This document shows, one piece after another, positions 55,110 through 64,000 of a stretch of DNA of 64,000 nt (position 1 is the first letter of the stretch; every line of letters begins with the position of its first letter). The notes beneath the pieces were generated by a model. It did not search any database, was not told the origin of the DNA, and saw only the letters and a program-made list of their open reading frames with translations. The stretch covers positions 151,722 through 215,721 of the forward strand of contig JAUICL010000004.1 of NCBI GenBank assembly GCA_030427905.1. Reading direction: 5' to 3'. Made by a program: the position numbers and the translations under genes. The stretch is from Bacteroidia bacterium. Its GTDB lineage: Bacteria > Bacteroidota > Bacteroidia > Flavobacteriales_D > Cryomorphaceae.

Positions 55110-55517
55110 ATGATCGTAAACAATACAAGATTTAGAGTGCGGTATGCCGAAACCGACCAAATGGGGTATGTCTATTATGGTAATTACGCCGCTTTTTTTG
55201 AAGTAGGGCGTGTAGAGCTCCTCAGAGATTTGGGGACGAGCTATAAATCGCTGGAGGATGAAGGTGTTATGCTCCCCGTCCGCGATTTCACGACGCGTTA
55301 TTTTCGTCCGGCGAAATACGATCAGGAGATTTTTCTCGAAACGCGCTTGGAAGAAATGCCGGGATCGCGGATTACCTTCCACTACACTCTAAAGTCTGCC
55401 GAAGACGAAGTGCTCACCACCGCAGTAATTACACTGGTTTTTGTGGATATGAAAACCCAGCGCCCGATGAAGATCCCGGAGTCTTTAGCCAAGCTGATGC
55501 AGCCGCATTTTGGGTAG
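55110..55517 (+). CDS. acyl-CoA thioesterase (4HBT/YbgC hot-dog family)
   Basis: RVRYAETDQMGYVYYGNYAAFFEVGR. I chose the start at MIVNNTRF (55110); the ORF track begins at 55044. Confidence 0.8.
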   Translation: MIVNNTRFRVRYAETDQMGYVYYGNYAAFFEVGRVELLRDLGTSYKSLEDEGVMLPVRDFTTRYFRPAKYDQEIFLETRLEEMPGSRITFHYTLKSAEDEVLTTAVITLVFVDMKTQRPMKIPESLAKLMQPHFG

Positions 55518-55535
55518 GGTTTATGCACTTAAGGT

Positions 55536-55695
55536 AAGTCACATCGAGTGGCTCTGGCCGACCAGTGGAGAGGTCAGAGGTGTATCGAGATGCGGCGACA
55601 CTAATTGTACAACATTTCAATTCTGGGAACTTTGCCGTTGTTCTCGATATATTCTTCACATCTTGTTAGTCGGTAAAGAATACTCGAACTGACTT
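55536..55695 (+). repeat. gene-less element copy (A arm, spacer, short B arm), starting 18 nt after the thioesterase stop
   Basis: AAGTCACATCGAGTGGCTCTGGCCGACC...TGTATCGAGATGCGGCGACAC ... CCGTTGTTCTCGATATA...CTCGAACTGACTT. Confidence 0.7.
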
Positions 55696-55710
55696 AGAAT
55701 CGTAAACTGC

Positions 55711-56265
55711 AGTCACATCGAGTGGCTCTGCCCGACCGGCGGGAAGGGTAGAGGTGTATCGAGTCTTGATCCCGACCGTAAGCGTCGGGGATGGACGACA
55801 ACCAATGAACACATCTCTTATTTCAAAGCTTAAATTCTCATTTACCACTTTACCCCAGTCAAAACTTCTTTTTCGATAGTTCAACCAGTCTCCCAAAGTC
55901 CCCATTTACCAGGGCTTGCTTTTTAGCATGGCTCCACTTTTTTACTCTTTTTTCCATTGCAATAGCTGCTTCAGGAGATGTAAAGCCTTCTGAATAAACG
56001 AGTTGCAATGGTCGTCGGCTGAATGTGTATGAGTCCGGGTGTTTTCCCGATTGATGTTCTCCAAACCGATGCTCAAGATCATTCGTGACACCTGTATAAA
56101 AAGTGTTGTCAGAACAGAGTAAGATGTACAAATACATTCGTGCGCCTGCTTCTTTCATGTTTTAAATTTAAAGAATTGGGGTTGCTTGTCGTCGTTCTCG
56201 ATACACCCCGAAGGCTTTCGGAATACCCTGACGTTCTCAGTCAGGGCAGGTGCTCGAACTGACTT
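55711..56265 (+). mobile_element. full-length element: A arm, GIY-YIG gene (antisense), B arm
   Basis: A arm at 55711-55801, ORF at 55859-56158, B arm at 56189-56265. The flanks between the arms and the ORF are homologous to those of the copy at 45466-45995. Confidence 0.55.
55859..56158 (-). CDS. small stand-alone GIY-YIG nuclease-family protein (second copy)
   Basis: Same motifs as 45588..45887, with 12 substitutions over 99 aa. Confidence 0.85.
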   Translation of the reverse strand: MKEAGARMYLYILLCSDNTFYTGVTNDLEHRFGEHQSGKHPDSYTFSRRPLQLVYSEGFTSPEAAIAMEKRVKKWSHAKKQALVNGDFGRLVELSKKKF

Positions 56266-56279
56266 TAATCAATTAAATT

Positions 56280-56469
56280 AAGTCACATCGAGCGACAGTC
56301 CTGATCGAAAGCATCAGGATGGCCGACTGCAAGGAGGCTGTATCGAGATGCGACGACAATAGATGTATACAACTTGATTCCACCATACTTTGCCGTTGTT
56401 CTCGATACACCCCGAAGGCTTTCGGGGTACCCTAACGTTCTCAGTCAGGGCAGGTGCTCGAACTGACTT
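56280..56469 (+). repeat. gene-less element copy (A arm with an extra TCCTGAT-cgaaagc-ATCAGGA hairpin, spacer, long B arm)
   Basis: All boxes are present. It is preceded by the 14-bp linker TAATCAATTAAATT. Confidence 0.7.
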
Positions 56470-56483
56470 TAATCAATTAAATT

Positions 56484-56618
56484 AAGTCACATCGAGTGGC
56501 CGACTGCAAGGAGGCTGTATCGAGATGCGACGACAATAGATGCATTCAGCTTGGTTCCCACATATTTTGCCGTTGTTCTCGATACATCCCGAAGATTTTT
56601 GGGATACTCGAACTGACT
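56484..56618 (+). repeat. gene-less element copy (A arm, spacer, short B arm)
   Basis: All boxes are present. It is preceded by an identical 14-bp linker, TAATCAATTAAATT (56470-56483). Confidence 0.7.
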
Positions 56619-56679
56619 CGAGCTTTGGGTTGTTAGGTTATATCTTCCACAAGCTTCACCGACAAACCATTAAAACCAA

Positions 56680-57288
56680 CTAAAAAATCCCCACCAATTT
56701 AGCCTCCACACCACTAAATGCTTCAAAGCTTCCCGGCACTTGATCTTGGTTCTCTGGAAGCACCACAACATCCACTGTACAAGTGTCTCTAAAATCTTGA
56801 TTCATCGACTCCCAGCCATTGGTGCGGATTATGCGCATCACATCGCTCATGCGGTCATAGCCGAAGTGTATAGTGAAGTGCGCCATCAATTGGCGTTCGA
56901 TGATGGTAGCGTCTTCAATGGCCATGTCGGCGGCGGTGCGGTAGGCATCTATCAGTCCACCTACGCCTAACTTCGTTCCACCGAAATAGCGGACTACGGC
57001 AATCAGGACATTGGTGAGATCGTATTTTTCAATCTGGCCGAGAATCGGTTTCCCGGCAGAGTTTGACGGCTCCCCATCGTCGTTGGCACGGTATTGCTCT
57101 TTATCTGCTCCGAGTCGCCAGGCGTAGCAAACGTGTCGGGCGCTGTGGTGTTCTTCTTTGATTTCATTGAGACGCTCCTGAATGTCTTCTGCCGTTTTTA
57201 CATGGATGGCATAACCAAAATGCTTGCTGCCTTTCACCTTGTACAGGCTTTTCCCGGTTTTCGAAAGTGTCAGATAGTTATAGTGCAT
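56680..57288 (-). CDS. yigZ: IMPACT-family protein YigZ
   Basis: KGSKHFGYA, HVCYAWRLG, DDGEPSNSAGKPILGQI. Confidence 0.8.
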   Translation of the reverse strand: MHYNYLTLSKTGKSLYKVKGSKHFGYAIHVKTAEDIQERLNEIKEEHHSARHVCYAWRLGADKEQYRANDDGEPSNSAGKPILGQIEKYDLTNVLIAVVRYFGGTKLGVGGLIDAYRTAADMAIEDATIIERQLMAHFTIHFGYDRMSDVMRIIRTNGWESMNQDFRDTCTVDVVVLPENQDQVPGSFEAFSGVEAKLVGIF

Positions 57289-58162
57289 GCGTATCGATCA
57301 TTAAGAGAGCAATGGCTGCAATAGCCAATACGATTCCCAGATTTCGTTTCCAATTGGGCTTTTCTTTGAAAAAGAGAATACCCATCACCGTGGAGAGCGC
57401 CACCACGCCCATATTATTCACCGGTATGGTGTCTGAGCGGTGTAAGATATCGGCATTAAGCGCTTTTAGCAAAAAGAATATCGAGCCGTAGTTTACCAGT
57501 CCAAGTGCTAGGCCGCCAATCAAAGCCTTAGATTTGAACTGCACTCCGCGCTTCGCCACTTGTAAACCAATTCCGATAATTCCTAAAAAGCCCGAGATCA
57601 AAAAAGGAAAAGGGGTGAATGTGAGAAACGCTTCGGGGCTGTCCAGATAATCTCGTTCGGCAGTGGCGAAGAGAATGTCGATGATTCCACTCCCCAGAAA
57701 AACCATCAAAGGCAGCCAAATCCACCTTTTTCCAATTTCAGATTTTTGACCAGAAGCCGTCATCATCCAAACCGAGATGAGTCCACTCGCGATACCGAGA
57801 ACTTTTAGGGCGGAAAAGCGCTCCAGTGGATCGACGAGCACAAAGAATACGGCGGGGATTATAAGCGACATCTTCGTCGCTACGCTGGCAGTAGAAATGC
57901 CCATTTTTTGGGATGTAATCGCCATCAGGTAGAAAATGGAAATAAGCGAGCACCCGGTGATTAATCCAATTCCCAACCAAGGGCTTTCGTTAGATGGTAG
58001 GGCGGGAGCACCATTGGCACTAGCGTAAATCATTCCAAATCCGGCGGCAACAAAATAGTTGACCACAATGGCGTGGAAACTATTGATGTCATAGGTTTTC
58101 AGAAGTTCGAAAACGGCGTAGATCAGGGTGGAACAAAGAATACTGAGAAGGAGAAATGTCAT
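57278..58162 (-). CDS. DMT-superfamily (EamA-like) membrane transporter
   Basis: About ten predicted TM helices with a two-fold internal repeat pattern. No sharper motif. Confidence 0.5.
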   Translation of the reverse strand: MTFLLLSILCSTLIYAVFELLKTYDINSFHAIVVNYFVAAGFGMIYASANGAPALPSNESPWLGIGLITGCSLISIFYLMAITSQKMGISTASVATKMSLIIPAVFFVLVDPLERFSALKVLGIASGLISVWMMTASGQKSEIGKRWIWLPLMVFLGSGIIDILFATAERDYLDSPEAFLTFTPFPFLISGFLGIIGIGLQVAKRGVQFKSKALIGGLALGLVNYGSIFFLLKALNADILHRSDTIPVNNMGVVALSTVMGILFFKEKPNWKRNLGIVLAIAAIALLMIDTHAL

Positions 58163-59196
58163 GCTTTGTCCTTCCGGTATGTGTAAATGCGATCTGGGCC
58201 AAACTCGTCCTGATTCATTGGACGAAGGTGACGAATGTCAGGTGCTGGAATTCCTTTTTTGATTTCAGTTTTTCCAATGAGTCGCCTGATTTCATCCCAA
58301 CGACCAGCCTTCAAAAAGGAGTTTAGAGTTGTTGCGCCGCCTTCCACCAAAATGCTTTGAATTCCGTTTTCAAAAGCCCAGTTGAGAGCGGCTTGAATGA
58401 GATCACCTTCTGTGTAAAAGTGTGATTCTTTTCCTTTTAATTCTTCACGCTGGTGAAATACCATGGTGGGTGCTTCGCCGTTTAAGATGGCTGCATCAGA
58501 AGAAATGCCATTTGGAGCGATCACCATTCTTACGGGGTTTTTTCCGTGATATTCCCTTACGGTTAGGCTTGGGTTGTCGATCTCCACCGTATTGGCACCG
58601 ACCAATATTCCCGCTTCTTCGCTCCGCCATTTGTGAACCAATACTTTCGTTCCGGGAGCAGTTATCCAAAAAACTCCTTTCTGATCGGCATCGCGATCAA
58701 TGTCCATAAATCCGTTTACAGATTCTGCCCATTTCAAAATGGTGTACGGGCGTTTCTCTTGATGAAAAGTAATGAAACGTCGATTGAGCTCCAAAGCCGC
58801 CTTTTCGCAAACACCCTCGATCACTTCAATGCCCTGTTTTTTCATCCGATCGATTCCTCGGCCTCCGACCAACGGATTTGGATCGCGCATCGCCAATACT
58901 ACTCTGGGTATTTGGTGAGAAATGATCAGGTCGGCACAAGGAGGTGTTTTTCCGTGGTGAGAACAAGGTTCTAGGCTCACGTATATCGTCGATTCTTTGA
59001 GAAGGTCCTTATTCTCAACAGCCGCTATGGCGTTGACTTCGGCGTGAGCACCACCGTATTGATGGTGATATCCTTCGCCGATGATGCGGCCTTCGTGCAC
59101 CACCACAGCACCTACCATCGGGTTTGGCGCAACAAGCCCTTTTCCTTTTTTAGCCAGGAAAAGGCAGCGATTCATAAATGACTCATGATGGTCCAT
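58159..59196 (-). CDS. ribD: bifunctional riboflavin biosynthesis protein RibD (deaminase/reductase)
   Basis: HAEVNAI and PCSHHGKTPPCADLI zinc motifs, plus a C-terminal reductase domain. Confidence 0.9.
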   Translation of the reverse strand: MDHHESFMNRCLFLAKKGKGLVAPNPMVGAVVVHEGRIIGEGYHHQYGGAHAEVNAIAAVENKDLLKESTIYVSLEPCSHHGKTPPCADLIISHQIPRVVLAMRDPNPLVGGRGIDRMKKQGIEVIEGVCEKAALELNRRFITFHQEKRPYTILKWAESVNGFMDIDRDADQKGVFWITAPGTKVLVHKWRSEEAGILVGANTVEIDNPSLTVREYHGKNPVRMVIAPNGISSDAAILNGEAPTMVFHQREELKGKESHFYTEGDLIQAALNWAFENGIQSILVEGGATTLNSFLKAGRWDEIRRLIGKTEIKKGIPAPDIRHLRPMNQDEFGPDRIYTYRKDKA

Positions 59197-59301
59197 CTCG
59201 ACAAAGAAAAGTGATGAAACAGGTTATTTCCAATTTTCTGTTTAAAAACATCCCAAAAGGTGATTGCGTAGCCTGTTGGTCTCGCTATTTTTGATGGAAT
59301 T

Positions 59302-60158
59302 TTGAAAAAGGGAACCAACATAGCTGAGTGGTCGCAGGTATACCGCGATGCCTTGAAAGAGCGATTCGATCGCCGTGAAATCGACGCGATGCTCGATATG
59401 ATTTGCGAAGCCAATCTAGGCTACTCCCGCATTGATACCATCTTAAATAAGGATACACCGATTGCTGACTCTGCGAATAAGAAGATTGCTGATGCACTCC
59501 AAAGGCTGCAAGATGGTGAACCCGTTCAGTACATTCTGGGCAAGGTCTTGTTTTACGGAATACCGCTTGATGTCAATCGGCATGTGCTAATCCCCAGACC
59601 CGAAACAGAAGAACTGGTCAGGTGGGTGCTCGACGAAACCGTTGGCAAAGAAGTGGAACTGCTCGATCTCTGCACGGGATCGGGTTGCATTGCTATTGCG
59701 CTCAAAAATATTTTGAAAGATAGCAGCGTTTATGGTCTAGATAATAGTGTGAAAGCCTTGAATGTAGCCACTGGAAATGCCCGGACAAATGAAATTGGCG
59801 TTGACTTTTTTCATTTTGATCTTCTCAAACAGGAGAGTCTGGCTTTTATGAGTTTTGATGTCATGGTGAGTAATCCGCCGTACGTGAGAGACGCTGAAAG
59901 CGGAGAGATGGAATCGCATGTGCTGGACTATGAGCCCCATCAGGCCCTGTTTGTTCGCGATGATGACCCGCTTATTTTTTACCGAAAAATTGTAGATCTC
60001 GCAGAAGGACACCTTAAAAAGGGTGGGCGCATTTACTTTGAGATTAACGAAGCCTTTGGTGGAGAGATTGTCCAGCTCTTGCGCGATCGGGGTTTTGTGG
60101 ACGTGGAGTTGCGGAAAGACTTGAATAGCCGGGACAGAATGGTAAGGGGGGTAAGAGC

Positions 60159-60162
<4 letters not shown>
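59302..60162 (+). CDS. prmC: peptide chain release factor N5-glutamine methyltransferase
   Basis: SAM motif DLCTGSGCIA and the NPPY motif (VSNPPYV). Confidence 0.85.
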
Positions 60163-63388
<3,226 letters not shown>

Positions 63389-63392
<4 letters not shown>

Positions 63393-64000
63393 ACGAGTTG
63401 AAGGGGATGGGTGTCGCTATGGTGACTCCGATGAATGAAGAGGGGAAAGTTGATTACAACGGTTTGCAAAAGCTGGTGAAACACCTACACGGTGGCGCTG
63501 ACTTTTTGGTGGTGATGGGAACGACGGGTGAAGCGGTGACGCTGTCTCACGAAGAGCAAATGTCCGTTCTCGATTTTGTGCTAGAAATCAATGCCGGAAA
63601 ACTTCCGGTCGTATTTGGAATAGGTGGAAACGATACCGCCGCAGTAGCCAAGGCTATGGTCGATTTTGATCGGAAGGGTGTTGTCGCATTTCTCTCGGCT
63701 AGCCCGAGCTACAATAAGCCAACACAAGAAGGGATTTTTCACCATTACAAGGCGATCAACGATGCTTCAAATCTCCCAATCATTCTTTACAATGTGCCGG
63801 GGCGTACGGCGAGCAACGTACTTCCAGCTACAGTAAAGCGCATAGCCGATGCCTGCGATAAGATCATCGGAATCAAAGAAGCTGCAGGCGATATAGAGCA
63901 AGTGCTGGAGCTGAAGCGCGTCCTTCCAAATGATTTTCTCCTCTTGTCGGGAGATGATATTCTCGTACTACCGCACATGGCCTGCGGTGGCCATGGGGTG
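63389..64000 (+). CDS. dapA: 4-hydroxy-tetrahydrodipicolinate synthase, 3' truncated by the window edge
   Basis: My own translation from the ATG at 63389 gives MNELKGMGVAMVTPM...VMGTTGEAVTLS...LYNVPGRT. The frame is open to the window end. The gene is absent from the ORF track because it has no stop. Confidence 0.85.

Noticed and set aside
59197-59301. An FMN riboswitch upstream of ribD.
   Set aside because: The intergenic region is only about 105 nt, is shared with the divergent prmC, and lacks the conserved FMN aptamer core sequences.

Overview
By eye this is a Bacteroidota-type chromosome segment. It has T9SS C-terminal sorting domains, a CarbopepD-type TonB-dependent receptor, and Bacteroidetes-style integrase and excisionase genes. 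The exact taxon cannot be determined from the sequence alone.

The window splits into two parts.

(1) Positions 1 to about 41200 are a visibly AT-rich integrative island.
- Its right end abuts, and probably rebuilds, the 3' end of mnmE. Its left end lies outside the window.
- Nearly all its genes are on the minus strand.
- Its cargo includes a merTP-type operon without merA; two heavy-metal RND efflux operons, one with the pump fused in frame to its TolC-like outer-membrane factor; two P1B-type ATPases; a CDF transporter; and two paralogous HMA-fused cation transporters.
- It also carries two Fur-family regulators plus ArsR- and AraC-family regulators, a TonB-dependent receptor, and a mobility module (tyrosine integrase, three excisionase-like HTH proteins, primase-like and DUF3987-like proteins).
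- Between the mobility module and the metal cargo sits a 698-aa prokaryotic Argonaute. Its catalytic tetrad looks degenerate, no classical effector gene is nearby, and it is translationally coupled to an XRE regulator.
- A 53-bp relic of the same pAgo 3' end (52/53 identical) sits in front of the second Fur paralog, 23 kb away.

(2) Positions about 41200 to 64000 are GC-richer core chromosome: mnmE, sucD, fabG, dnaA, ribD, prmC, ligA, dapA, and T9SS-secreted proteins.
- Three intergenic regions here are filled with tandem copies of a composite palindromic element. Each copy has an A arm and a B arm built from conserved ATCGAG-type boxes separated by variable hairpins.
- Two copies carry a 99-aa GIY-YIG nuclease gene between the arms. 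The other copies look like gene-less miniature derivatives.

In my judgement the GIY-YIG element family and the XRE-pAgo-Fur arrangement are the most interesting signals. An ORF-free, purine-skewed, GC-rich block of about 0.8 kb (4530-5335) inside the island remains unexplained.

All calls come from reading the ORF track and the sequence by eye. No database search was possible, so family names are recalled from memory.
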